64,000 bases of DNA, taken from assembly GCF_026571515.1 (NCBI RefSeq), contig NW_026853097.1:1-64000 (forward strand), read 5' to 3'. The stretch comes from Ruditapes philippinarum (taxonomy: Eukaryota). A program made the translations under genes and the position numbers. Of the stretch, positions 1-12,275 are shown piece after piece (the first letter of the stretch is position 1; each line of letters starts with the position of its first letter). A model generated the notes under the pieces. The model made no database searches. It was given only the letters and a program-made list of their open reading frames with translations, and was not told the origin of the DNA.

Positions 1-420
1 CTAGTACACTAGTTCTGAAGTAAGATCACTAGATTTCTTAAATCCACACAGTAACATATTGTTTTGTATTACAGATGCCTTCAATGTTTACATTGTCTTA
101 ATGTGTATCACAGGAAATTTTAAAATGATAACATACCTCAATAATGTATTTCAAAATGATTGTAAGCTGGCACGAACAAACCTACAGCAATTTCCTTTAA
201 AATAGTCACAAGCAATGGCCAATCACTGCTTTTTGGCGGTTTACTATTTAGTATCGTCTATCAACCGAGGACAATTCAAGATATACATCTGCTATCATAT
301 CATATTTCTATTTTACATTAAATTGCAGGAAATGAAAGGTTTACTTTTCTGGACATTTAATGTTGTCATGATTTTTTAATTGATTTAATGAAAAAAATGT
401 TGTTTTTTGTTTTGTTTTAG

Positions 421-3400
421 ATCCACAACTTCAATAACATATTCAACTACGACAATCTTCATCTACATGTGTATAAAGCTTACTCAAATTACAACAAACT
501 CCTATAGCTATAAGTTACAACAAGGTAGGTATTGGAACTTTAAGGTACAACAGTTACACTGTTGGCTTACAGACTTATTGTATTTTAATTCTTTCTTCGC
601 GTGAGTTTGATTTGTGTCTTGCTCTTTAAATAACTTGTTCATGTACGTCTTTGCTGTGTATGATACACTTAATAATCCTCTTGTTATTTTTTGTTTTCTA
701 TTTTAATAGTAACTACATGTGTTCAATGAAATTTGAAATTTTAGTTCAACAACCGAACGCTGGATATGAGCGGCTATGGTTCTCATCTGATAGTGCATTA
801 TCAACAGTCTCTACAATATGTGATACGTCAGTTAGCATACCGACCCTAGAGTTCCACGTTCTTGTAAAACAAGGTAGGTTAAAGCTTTAACAAATCCTAG
901 AAGAAGCAGCTTGAAATATCTTATGACAACGGTATCGATGCTTTTACACTACAGAATGCAAATTAATTCACTCAGTTTATTTTCCTGCAAACATTCTTTA
1001 TTATAAATTTTACATTTCCTTCTTACCAAATGTGTATTAATAGAGTAAGTTTTTATTTACGAAAGTTATTAGTCAAATATCTTAAATTCTAGAGTAGTTA
1101 GCAGAATTGCAATCAAACCGAGTCTGCAATTCCTTATGTTATTTTGTTTGTGATTGATACTTCCGAGGATCACTTTGTTTCCACAAATTTACAATTAGTC
1201 GTAATCCTTTCACTCAGTCCAACTTTTTACTTAACATCTAGAGAAACAAACTAGGAACAATTCAATATCAAAAAAAAGCAGGACTATTGTGCATAACCAG
1301 AAAAATACTAAATAACAGTTAAAGATAACATTGGAGTTTATTGATTGATGGGCAATAAATATGTATATTTACCGATTTCCAAAATCTTGTTTATGTATAG
1401 TTCTTGTCTGACATGGGTTTGAAATTTAGGCTTTCACACATTATGGTATTATGCTTTGTTTATATTTTTTCTTGTATGATTAAACTTTAAAACATAAACA
1501 TTTATCTAAAATTGCTCTGGCGTATTCCATGCATTGGATATTTATTTTGAATATTTGAATATCAATAACATAAAACTTCGATGAAACTATAGGAATGGCC
1601 GACTCTGCTGAATTCACTTCCTCAGACAAATTGTTTACTCACCGCGACTATAAATACATCAAGTAGGGGGGCAGAGGATTTGTGATACCATAATATTAAA
1701 ACACAAAAAAACGGCGTGTCATTCAATAACTATACAAACTGCAAACAAGAAATTGCCTACTCTGGTATACAGCCATACATCTATATTATCACTATCATAT
1801 TTTCATGAGTGTTGTTTGGCATACCTTCAAATCTTTAAATTAAAGATTTATATAGAATTTCAAAGCTATATATATCTAAGAAGAAAACATTGTACTTATA
1901 CTATTGTGATGGTTTCTAAATATTGTCAGTGAAATTGTAATTATGTAACACTGATATGATTTGTTGTAAGGATGCACTAATACAGGGTGCATTTTAAGTG
2001 AAAGAAGTCATGTTCTTTCCGTTTCGTAGAAATGTAATTTCGTCAATGTTCCTTTACGCGCACTAAAATTAACGCTTTTCTTCATTAGCATTTGTTAATA
2101 TAATTAGTAATTTATTGTAATATTTTGTGTCCCCAACAGCTGACGGTGAGTTATGGTGTGTTGCTAAGGCCTCTTTAGGTAGTTACGATTGTGCTGTGGT
2201 GTACAACAGAGATGCATCTATATCAGGGACATCCTCACAGTTTGCTTGTCTGGTAAATATTAATATAATATTGATTAAGTACTATTTAAAGGGCTTCATG
2301 ATCAAATGGTTAATGTCTCTGACTTTGGAGAGCAGACCCCTTACAGATGTTAAGGATACAGATAAAGATACCTACACATTTGATGCAGTTTTAACAAGAT
2401 GTGGGAGACATTGACATTATAGTGACGCCATCTTGTAATTGTTGTTAAATATCAAAATAAGGTTAATTGCAAACACCGATTCATTCTTTCATTATGCCTC
2501 AGAAATGAATAAATTTTGAATTCCTTAGAAAGGGCAAATATGACTTTTATAACGTCTGAATGGTGGTTTTAGAGCATGTTAGATACTTAATAGTTATTAC
2601 CTTAAGAAAGTAGCGATAAATGTACAATAGTCTCTTATATAAGTAGCAAAATGTAAACAAAGTGGTATTTTGACAAAACTACTAATTCACTATAACAGTT
2701 CAAATTGCCAAAAAACAATAAAGAATAATATGGTTCAGGTACTTGACCAATGAATTACTAAAATTTTGGAAACGAAAGCAGAACACTAATCAATAAAAGT
2801 TTTTAAGAAATAGAAATAAAAGCATTTATGAGGCATAATATGACTTTCAGGTACTGTCACAGACACACCAACTACATATATTAGATTTCAAAAATGCGTA
2901 ATTGAAATCATAATTTAGATTATTTTATGTCATTTCTTTTTTTTTAATTCCAGTGTTCCGACGGCAGTTCGGTATCTGTAGTGTCGGGTAATTGTACATC
3001 AGACCAGAAAGCCAGCAGCTATCCGACAGCAGCCGACGGCACGACGGTTATAGGATATTTACTCGATAAAAATTTTTTATGGTAAGACTGTTATTTTTAA
3101 AAATTCAAAAATTTTTTTTAAAATTTTTTACAGTAAAAAAAACAAAACTTTTTTTCCCGGCCTTTGGTTTCTCGAAACAAAAATTATTTTAAAAAAAACT
3201 GAAATTTTTTGGGTTTGTATCAAAGAGATTTTTTCTTGTTTAAGGATTCAAACATTCAAGATTTGGTTCACAGTGAATGGTAGCCGATTATTGCAAATTT
3301 ATATTTTAAATTTTTAATGCTTTGTTTGTATCTGTGTTTAATACAATTTCTGTTAAAATTGTTGAGCCGTAAAACTAAAACTTTGTTTCTTTTGATGTGT

Positions 3401-6400
3401 GCATATTCTAAATGGTTTTAGTTATACTTGTAATTGAAAATCTGTCAGTATTTATACGGACAAAAATAATTTAATTTTACTTTTTATCTTTTTACTTTCA
3501 GTTAACTGTGGTATGATTCATTTGTAAACATCTTGGATAACTGGGAGAAATTCTTTTGCATAGACCATTAAATTAAAAATGCTATTTGAAAGCTCTTAAT
3601 ACTTTATATTAGAAAATATCCATTAATGACTTTTATACATTTTAATCACACCATACCTCTAATGGACCATAATCAGCTAGATAATTTCAATTCATGTTAA
3701 TCAACACATATTACTGAACTTTAAAAAGTTGTACGTGTTATCAAGTTATCTCCTTAGAATGAATTAAACTTCACTTATCTTATTTAAGATATGTGTTTCA
3801 TTTGATGATNNNNNNNNNNNNNNNNNNNNNNNNNNNNNNNNNNNNNNNNNNNNNNNNNNNNNNNNNNNNNNNNNNNNNNNNNNNNNNNNNNNNNNNNNNN
3901 NNNNNNNNNNNNNNNNNNNNNNNNNNNNNNNNNNNNNNNNNNNNNNNNNNNNNNNNNNNNNNNNNNNNNATTTAATATCATTACTTTATGATGAGTATTA
4001 TTATAATTATTCAGCCCCAACTTCTGCTTCTGATAGTAGTAGCAACGTTGTCATCATCGTTGTGGTCGTTCTTCTCCTTGTCATCATTATTGCCGTTGTC
4101 GTGGTCAGCATCATCCTGTACAAACGTGGACACTGTGTAACTATATGTGGTCATTTGGATAAATGTCTTGGCAAAACCCCATGTTGGCCATTTTGCCGAA
4201 GAAAAGTATGCTTTTGTTGTGTAATTAAATCTGATACACTAGAAGCAGAAAAACCAATTATGTCAAGTAAGTAATAGCTATTGTTATTTATAAATCAAAC
4301 AAATAAATTCACCAAAACACCAACAGAAACAATAACAGTTAGAGTAGAAGCAAAGTTTTTTCTCAATATATAAACTGGCAGATTTTTATAATATAATGCT
4401 CATTTTGTTGAGGTTTATATCTTTCTATATAGATAATAAGCTGAATCAAAATATACAATACAAAAGTGTAGATTTATTACAAAGCATGATATAATAAAGA
4501 AAAAAAGAGAGAGAAAATAAAATAAATTTAAGATGGAAAAATTCACAAATTTGATCTGTATTGTTCTAAAGAATTGAAAATTGTATAACCTTTACATAAA
4601 TAAAGCCCGATTTGATATGAAACAATGGTACCATATTCTTAATCATATATCAGATGGTACAAGCGCTCATGTCGAGACAATAAACGAATCTTCAAAAGCA
4701 AAGATGACGAGAGAAAAAACGTCGATGAGTGCAATTACACGCTCCTCGACCATGGCACTAACTAGGGAGAAAAGCGAGCTCGAAAAGTCCTTGCAAAGAC
4801 AGGCAACAACAACAAGTATAGGCTTTGATATGAAATCGGAAAGATCATCAGTACATCAAATCAAAGTCAAGTCTCAAGATGACGATGATGACAAAGAGCC
4901 TAGGCTTAAACTATTGGTAAGTGTATCTAAAAATGAGACAAAAATATCATCAAAGGAGAGCAAAGATAAGTTACGAAACCCCAACAAAATCTGAAAGCAA
5001 CAATGGCTTAAAGGGAACCAAACGGACAGGGGCAGACAAACTAGGTGAAAGAAGCGCCATTTTTAAAGCAAAAACGACCTTAGATTTATATTACATATAA
5101 TTTTATAATTAATGTCTGTTAATGGTTTTGATATATATCAAACATTTTAATAAAAAAAAGAAAAAAAAACAAACAAAACAAACAAACAAAAAACAACAAC
5201 AACAAAAACAACAACAACACAGGAATGTTTAATAATAGATTAATATATGTCATACTCATGTTCTGGTGATAATTTTTGGATGAATGCATTAACCAGTATT
5301 GCTGGGTACATGTTTTGAATTTATATTTTTAAATTTTAAACTACACTTCTGTTTATTAAAGTGGACTCGTGTGTAAAACTAGAGACTTTAACCAACATTC
5401 TTCACATATTTTCAGGGTCTTGACTTGTCGTTCCTTGTGTGCTGTCCCGAGAAAAAGGATGAAGTAAAAACAGTTAGACTGGGTATGTTTGTCAATTTGA
5501 TAATAAAGGGTTGGCAATAGCAGGAACTATAAAACGAGCATGTGAACATGACACTGTTTTCACCGTTATTGCGATTAATTTATGAGATATGAATGAATTA
5601 TTAACTGCAGTTTCTGAAATGTCTAGACAAAGATGTTTTAACGTTTGAAGAAAGAACTTAAATTTTCATTGCAACAAGTTTCGTTAAACTTATAATGCAT
5701 TAGACTGACAGTGATTTTTTGAATCTTTCAAAATTTCTTGCAGTTGAGCCTGAAGAAAAAAAGTCGTTATCACCAGAAAAGAAACCTGCAAAAGGTGGAA
5801 CTGAAAAAGAAGAAAACAAAGAAGCTTAAAAAAGGGGGGAAAGAAAGCAAACGAAAAGGAGGAAAGGGAAAAGGTGGCAAAGGGAAGGAGAAAAATGAAA
5901 AATCAGAAGAAAAAGCTGAAAATGAAGAAGTTAAAGTAGAAGAAAATGGTAAGGTTCCAAAGAAAGAAATATCAGATGTTAAACAAACAAAAGATGAAAG
6001 TAGCGAAAAGGCAAAGGGAAAAGCGGATAAAGGTGGCAAAAAGAATAAAAACAAATCAAAGGTTCAGCCTCAAGATTCGCCACGAAATGGCGACGTTACA
6101 TTAACAGATGGTATGAAACATTAATGAGTTTTAAAAGTGTTATGTCCTTGTATATAATGTATGTTCTTGTATATGTCCTAACATTTAAAAATGTATTTAC
6201 GAGTATGCATTATGAATTATTTTGAGAAACAAAACATTTTTATGTATATATTAGAAAGTTACATGTTATATAAGTAGGTATATAAAATATTTTCTAAACC
6301 AATTATCTTTTGTAACTATGGAAATATTTCAGGACTTAAGTAATAATCTTCTACAACAGCTCATATCATAACCAATAGTTTTCGATTTTACCTTTAAAAT

Positions 6401-7669
6401 GTATATTGTAATCAGCTTTTAGAATATGAACTTAAAGATTAATAAATATTTTTTTCCGATGTAGTTGAAAACAGTACATTTCCAGAGAGTGAGGCATTAA
6501 CAAGGGCTCCAACAAAAATGAAATCTGATCTGCGTCTAACAAGTACTCCCGTACCCGGAGGTGAAAAAGGTCAAAAGGGAGTTGTCAGTGTACCAGCAGG
6601 GCTACTCAAGCCACAAGACAAGGTATAACGCTATGAAAGTTGGATAATAGGATTCTAATGATTTATAAAATATTTTGTCATTTAATGTGGGGCATCTCAT
6701 ATCTGAAACCTGAAATAGATATATAAGCAATAGTGCTTATAAATGTAAATAAGGTATTGAAACCTAATTTTACTACATATTATATACACGTGTTTTATAA
6801 ATTGTTGAGGGATCGTGATTACTTCCAGTATCATTTTAGAAAATGACTAAGCAAACGGTGATGAAACCACTAAACTCTCTATAAATGTTTTATTTCTTTT
6901 GCAGCCCACTGAGTGGACATTCTTATCTTGCTGTTTTGGGAACAGGAATCCACCACCATCGGAAGACGAAAATTTTGAAGGTGATGAAAATGATGATTAA
7001 ATATATCAATAATTCTGTTTGCATTTTGAATATTATATCGCTCATATTAAGCTCAATGTAATCGTATTGAAAACGAACATGTTTGATATACAAATCTCTT
7101 TTTTGCGTTTGTCTATAGTACTTGTCTTTATTTTATACTATATATTATTTTCAGAACCTGCGGAAGCGATAGTTCCAGCGAAAGGAAAAACCAAAGTCGC
7201 AGCCAAGGGAAAAGTGGCAGCATCCAAGAAAGGGACTGCAGCTGCAGCAAAGAAACCAGTAAAGAAAGGTGGTGGAGGAAAGGGAGGTGGAAAGAAAAAA
7301 GATGTAAATGAAAATGACGTTGACAAGGGAAACACAACAAACGAACCTAAACCTATAGAAAGAGCCAAGACAATGCCAGAAAGAGAGAAAACGACACTGA
7401 GTTTGCAGGACGCGGAACAAGTAAAAGTTGCAGTTTATATTCCTACGGATAAAACTAACTTACAATTAAAAGATACTATCATTAATGGCCCACCAAAGCT
7501 AGAAAAATCTAAAACTGATGCCGGGTTAACAAGACCCCCGTCATCAAGACCAGCTTCTTCGGTAAAACAAAGTAATAACAAGAAAGATAAGAAAAGTAAC
7601 AAAAAAGCAGAAAAGGGTAAAGATGGAGGCAAAAAAGACAAGAAGAGCGGAAAGAAGAAAAAGAAGTGA
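421..7669 (+). CDS. Multi-exon uncharacterised type-I membrane protein (Cys-containing ectodomain, single TM helix, Cys-clustered and Lys/Gly-rich cytoplasmic tail); 5' incomplete
   Basis: AG/GT-bounded exons read by hand: 421-524, 745-873, 2140-2252, 2954-3081, [gap], 4015-4266 (TM), 4654-4916, 5416-5482, 5744-6110, 6465-6622, 6905-6980, 7155-7669 (TGA). Intron phases are compatible at every junction except across the N-gap. One extra base near 5827 must be removed to keep the frame in exon 5744-6110. No family recognised. Confidence 0.8.
3810..3969. other. Assembly gap (160 N)
   Basis: Run of N. Exon phases on either side (2 vs 1) are incompatible, so exon(s) are probably missing here. Confidence 0.99.
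4015..4266 (+). CDS. Transmembrane plus juxtamembrane Cys-rich exon of gene 1
   Basis: Acceptor ttcag and donor gtaagt, 252 nt, phase 1-1. Encodes PTSASDSSSN-VVIIVVVVLLLVIIIAVVVVSIILY-KRGHCVTICGHLDKCLGKTPCWPFCRRKVCFCCVIK, i.e. a hydrophobic helix, basic stop-transfer residues and 8 Cys. Confidence 0.88.
7155..7669 (+). CDS. Terminal Lys/Ala/Gly-rich exon of gene 1, ending KKDKKSGKKKKK*
   Basis: Acceptor ttttcag ending at 7154, open frame to TGA at 7667-7669, several AATAAA signals downstream (about 7977-8306). Confidence 0.85.
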
Positions 7670-8400
7670 TGAATGAATATATATTTTATTGATATATAAA
7701 TAACAAGGCGGTAGTTATGTCTATTAACATGATATTTTATCATAAGATAATGTATCACACCATGAGACGATGACAAAGTCTTTACTTATTTCCAATCTAA
7801 TTGTTTGGTAAGCAGGGGCTTACTTAATGTAAGTGCTTAAGAAACGAATTCTGATGAATGCTATTTGCTTGCACAGTTTTTAACGCATATATCATTATTT
7901 TTATATAGTTCCATTGTTTTATTTATATGTCAACGCATTTCTTCTTCATTTTAACATGCATATTTTAATAAGTTATAATAAAGTGCATTTTTATAGTAAT
8001 ATGATGAGCTTCAGAATGCGTCGACATTGTATTAGAAATGATTATATCCGATCATTTTGCAATGTACTCATGACTTTTTCAAATAAAAGAAATACATAAG
8101 AATTTTACAGTTATACATGCTAAAATGTTTTTAACTTTAAGTAAGAATGCTTTGTTGTCGCACGAGAGAAGTACAATAAACGTGCCATGTACGTGTGTAA
8201 ACACTTATATGCCTTATTTTGAATGGCTATTACATCAAATAAACTCTTTTCCAGTTCTGTTTAGACATTATCATGTATTAAATACTGTTCTGATAAAAAT
8301 AAATAAAACTGTTTCAAATAATTGTGATTTATTTGACTTTATCTGCATGCATTGTTTTATAACACAGGGTACTCTACAATAAAAAAACTACTGAATAATT

Positions 8401-9201
8401 TTACAAGAAAGTCGCTTCATCGAGGGTGTTTCTGGATTCATTTCTTTCGTTTTTTCTAGGGCTCTCGACAGAACCAGACATACATGAGTTCGAAATGTCA
8501 GGTGTGCCTGTCATGGTAGATTAGCCCATCTCGGATGCTTGCCTCAACCCGATGGCTGTCATTGGTGGACGAGGACTGAGAGGCCCGCGTCTTTCCCAGT
8601 AATCGGCGCGTTTCAGGAGATACCCTCGTCCGTGCTCAGCAAGACCTTGAGAGTGTAAAAAACTCCTGCGATTGTGGATCTGTAAAATATCACTATAAAT
8701 GGTGTCAATGGGGTTTCATCCAAAAATATCAAAGACATAGAAAATGTTAATCATTAGTATATATATAAGTTTATATATTGCATTTTAAAGTTACTGTACC
8801 ATTTAAGTGCTCACTTGATTCAACATCACCCGGTCTTCGAACAATAGTAAACAAGGGTATTTTTGTTGCTTAAAAAAGAATCGATCATAAACTTTAAGAC
8901 AAATCAGTTAGAACAATAACATTGAATATTAGACCCATTTTGTTATCATTTAATTATTTAACTATTTGATGAAATTCAAAACACTTCTTTAGTTCACCTA
9001 TTGAAAAATTTGTTGTTGATACGATGTTCATTATCTAATAACAGTACGTTCCCGATCCTACCTGTTTTTAACTTGACACATTTAATGTTATATATAGAAA
9101 AGTATCATTTATGCATTCAATCATGGAGACCATCCTATACAGTGTATATAAAACATAGTAATATTAATGTCCTTGTTGATAGCGAATTTGCAATTTAAAA
9201 T
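8401..9201 (-). pseudogene. Disrupted 3' exons of a convergent gene, probably a membrane protein, with C-terminus ...ESPRKNERNESRNTLDEATFL*
   Basis: GC-rich block 8679-8401 opens with a minus-strand acceptor (ttttacag) and ends exactly at TAA 8403-8401. A 54-nt exon 8868-8815 has good splice sites (ttttaag / gtgagc). A hydrophobic exon-like block at about 9201-9062 has a donor gtagga. Internal stops occur in all frames of the last exon and of the hydrophobic block. Confidence 0.5.
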
Positions 9202-9513
9202 CTATTGCATAACATGAACATATATTAAACTGTCGGGGCATGCATTTTGTATCGTAAGATATAGTATACAATACAATTGTTTATGTGCACCTACTCAAAA
9301 AAGACTTATTTTGAATTCGAAAGGAAACTGTATTTTTGTCCTCGTTATAGGTGAAATAGTATTAAAACCAACATTTATGAAATAAAACATTATTTCAAAA
9401 ATATTACATACAATTTATAATAATCTAGGCCAGTTTAAATCTAAATGATAAAATAATGATGATCAAGATTGATAATTTGTTTACACATAAGTCTTATGTA
9501 TCAAGCAGAACAG

Positions 9514-11432
9514 TAAATAAATAACACATGTTTTGTGGGTAACTGTAAAAATATCATCCCGTTGGATGGAAATACTGTTACCCGAGGCGTAGCCGAGGGT
9601 TATATACGGTGGCACAAATGTGACATGTGTGTGTTTTTATTTATCTCGTGGCCACGAGATACTTTGTCGTGGCCACGAGTTACTAAGTCGTGGCCACGAG
9701 ATAGCTAAGTCGTGGCCACGAGTTACTAAGTCGTGGCCTCGAGATACTATGTCGTGGCCACGAGATAGCTATGTCGTGGCCACGAGTTACTAAGCCGTGG
9801 CCACGAGATACTATGTCGTGGCCACGATATAGCTAAGTCGTGGCTACGAGTTACTAAGCCGTGGCCACGAGATAGCTAAGTCGTGGCCACGAGATAATTA
9901 ACCAATCAGAATAAACTATATATATTATGAATTTTTTAAACTTAACAACTTTCTTTTACATGCAACATTAATCTTTGAAAATACTGAAGATATTCACTTT
10001 GAACTTGTCTTTAAGATCATATTAGAAAGTCATCTTCCAAGGCCCATCAGACATTAATTTTGACTATAGCTCTTTGTTGGGCAAGTTTGTGATCGAATTG
10101 GTCAGTTTGTACGTACTACGGCCTTGTATATACGATAACATGAGAAGGAATAAGTCCTGGTTTATTTTATTTGTAAGGGACATTGCCCATGGAAGTAAAT
10201 AGCCTATATGGTAAAATCCTTGTCTGATGAATAATTTAGAAGGGATAAGCCTGGTTAATGTAACCAAGAAAGATCATTGCACCTGATCAGTAGATGACAT
10301 CTAATACTTTCGAGGTCATTGGGTCAAAATCAGGGTCACAGTGACGCTAAATGTAAAATAATTGACAAGTCAACAAGTTGTATAAATGGCACTTTTACAG
10401 GCTGGTAAAGAAGGGGCATCCTTGTACTATAGCACATGTCTAGTTAATAAGGAAAATTCACATAAATGGTTTAATCTGATTGTTTATTTATCTCGTGGCC
10501 ACGACTTAGCTATATCGTGGCCACGACTTAGTATCTCGTGGCCACGACATAGTATCTCGTGGCCACGAGATAAATAAAAACACACACACACACATGTCAC
10601 CTTTGTGCCACCGTAGAAATAGCATTTTTACGAGGGATGATATTTTTACTGTAACTCACAAACCCATGTGTTATTTATTTTATTACCCGAACAAATACTG
10701 TGATGTCTAAAATTGTTAACTAAATCTATCTGTAACAAAAATAAACCAACAGTAACAATAACTAAACTGTCCTTACCTTTTAAGTTTTAAGTGTACCGTA
10801 AGCCTTCTTCAGAAGTTTTTTTCTTCTTTTATTCTTTAAGCAAGCAATGATATCTACCAGTCATAAACATACAATAAGTTATGTTTTATTTAGAAAAAAA
10901 ACCCACTAACATATTATACTGATACGATCTGTGAAATCTGATCCTTCTGTATTTGCATGGGTTTTGACAAAGTGCATTTACAAAATAACGATAATACCCT
11001 ATGTCTGTCCACCATATCTGTAACGTTTCACTGATAATTTTTTTTTAAATAATCCTTTGTTGCATGCTTTAATCGTCTGCATGTTCCAGTTTGATACATA
11101 ATAATTCACATTGCAATTTCTTTCTTTGAAAACGGATGTTACTTTTTGACTATTCAACAAAAAGATATTTTATAAGCGAAAAGCACTCCAGGGTGCAAAC
11201 AACTAGATTTTATGGGGGTCATAATTACCCTGGTGATTCCCTTTTGTCAAAGAGTGAATCGAGAAAAAAAAAAATTGCGGCCATTTTATTTTATTTTATT
11301 TAGAAAATAGACCACATGACCAGATTTTATACTGTAAAATTTTTTAGTCACGTGGTACACTTTTATTAACAGTAGGAATAACTCCCATAGGCCTATGTGA
11401 AATTAACATTTCGAAAGAAGTGAGGGGTAATA
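9514..11432. mobile_element. Non-autonomous split-palindrome (Crypton-like) element A, interrupted by a TA-TSD element
   Basis: Long hairpin with arm 9514-9585, apex CCCGAGGCGTAGCCGAGGG and second arm about 10620-10680. Internal TTATTACCC is matched by GGGTAATA at 11425-11432. The Crypton assignment is inference. Confidence 0.55.
9607..10613. mobile_element. Non-autonomous TIR DNA transposon with TA target duplication and subterminal palindrome arrays
   Basis: TA|CGGTGGCACAAAtGTGACATGTGTGTG...CACACACATGTCACcTTTGTGCCACCG|TA. Twelve left and four right copies of TCGTGGCCACGA at 21-22 bp spacing. Confidence 0.88.
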
Positions 11433-11810
11433 TATATGTATATACATAAAAGGTTAAATATGCAAACAACTGTTAGTATAGGGTCATATAGCCTGGCTTT
11501 ATAACTGATATTACATGTTCAAGAAAAACAAGTAATTATACCGTCCATAACGTATGACAAGATATCATTAAACAAATTAATCGTAACCGCGCAATGAGTA
11601 GCATACTTCATACAGGCACTCCTTTCGTTTGTTTGTTGAATAACTGATTTGAGTGACACCAGTTCTTCTAAAGAACACAGACGTTAGGGGCTCCTTATTA
11701 CGAATAGTAAATCTATGAGAATATTTATTTTTTTAGATTTTCACCATCCTTATTTAGATTCTTGTGTACAGATTACAGTACAGTATGATCATCCTGTCCA
11801 CAGGTGAAGA

Positions 11811-12275
11811 AGCAGAGTTTTTTCCTGCCAAACATGGCGCGTTTCAATACTAAATATAGTAATAACCTGTAAATAATAAGTAATAAGTTATAAATAATAG
11901 GTAATAAGTAATATTTTTTTATATAATACATGTCCCTCCAGGGCTTCCTTATTACGGTGTTATGTAACTATGATATATTCGACTGAAATAAGTAATAAGT
12001 GATAAATAGTAAATTATAAGTTATAAGTAGTAGATTATATTTAATAATTAAGTTAAACGTATTAAGTAAAAAATAATAAATAATAAAAAATAATTTTCCT
12101 TCCAGGGCTTCCGTTTTCGATATTGGTCTTGATCTGAGCAGAGTTTTTTCCTGCCAAACATGGTGCGGGGCAATACTAAATGTAAGTAATAATCTGTAAA
12201 TAATAAGTAAAAGGTATGAAGAATAGGTAATAAGTAATAATATTTTAAATGATAAATGCCCACAGGGCTCCCGTA
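11811..12275. repeat. Tandemly duplicated transposon-end fragments (AGGGCT[T/C]CC..TA ends with AATAAGT repeats)
   Basis: A ~140-bp block AGCAGAGTTTTTTCCTGCCAAACATGG...CAGGGCT[T/C]CC occurs at 11811 and 12137, with a third end-like motif at about 12103-12113. Confidence 0.55.

Noticed and set aside
75-161. Additional upstream exon of gene 1 (acag ... gtaagc)
   Set aside because: The splice signals are plausible, but the open frame ends in phase 1 while exon 421 needs phase 2, and the Cys-rich frame (CLQCLHC) hits a stop. Unresolved.
7019-7669. Stand-alone histone H1/protamine-like gene
   Set aside because: There is no winged-helix globular domain, the ORF's N-terminus is intron sequence, and it splices in frame to the upstream exons.
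5770-7776. Minus-strand Phe/Leu-rich ORFs (5770-6054, 7128-7776)
   Set aside because: They are antisense shadows of the Lys-rich + strand exons.
8560-8679. Selenoprotein reading (SC-TGA) of the minus-strand exon
   Set aside because: No SECIS or selenoprotein family motif is recognisable, and other disruptions nearby point to decay or sequence error.
9646-9895. CRISPR-like array of palindromic repeats
   Set aside because: The spacers are 9-10 bp and themselves repetitive, the array is mirrored inside TIRs, there are no cas genes and the context is eukaryotic.
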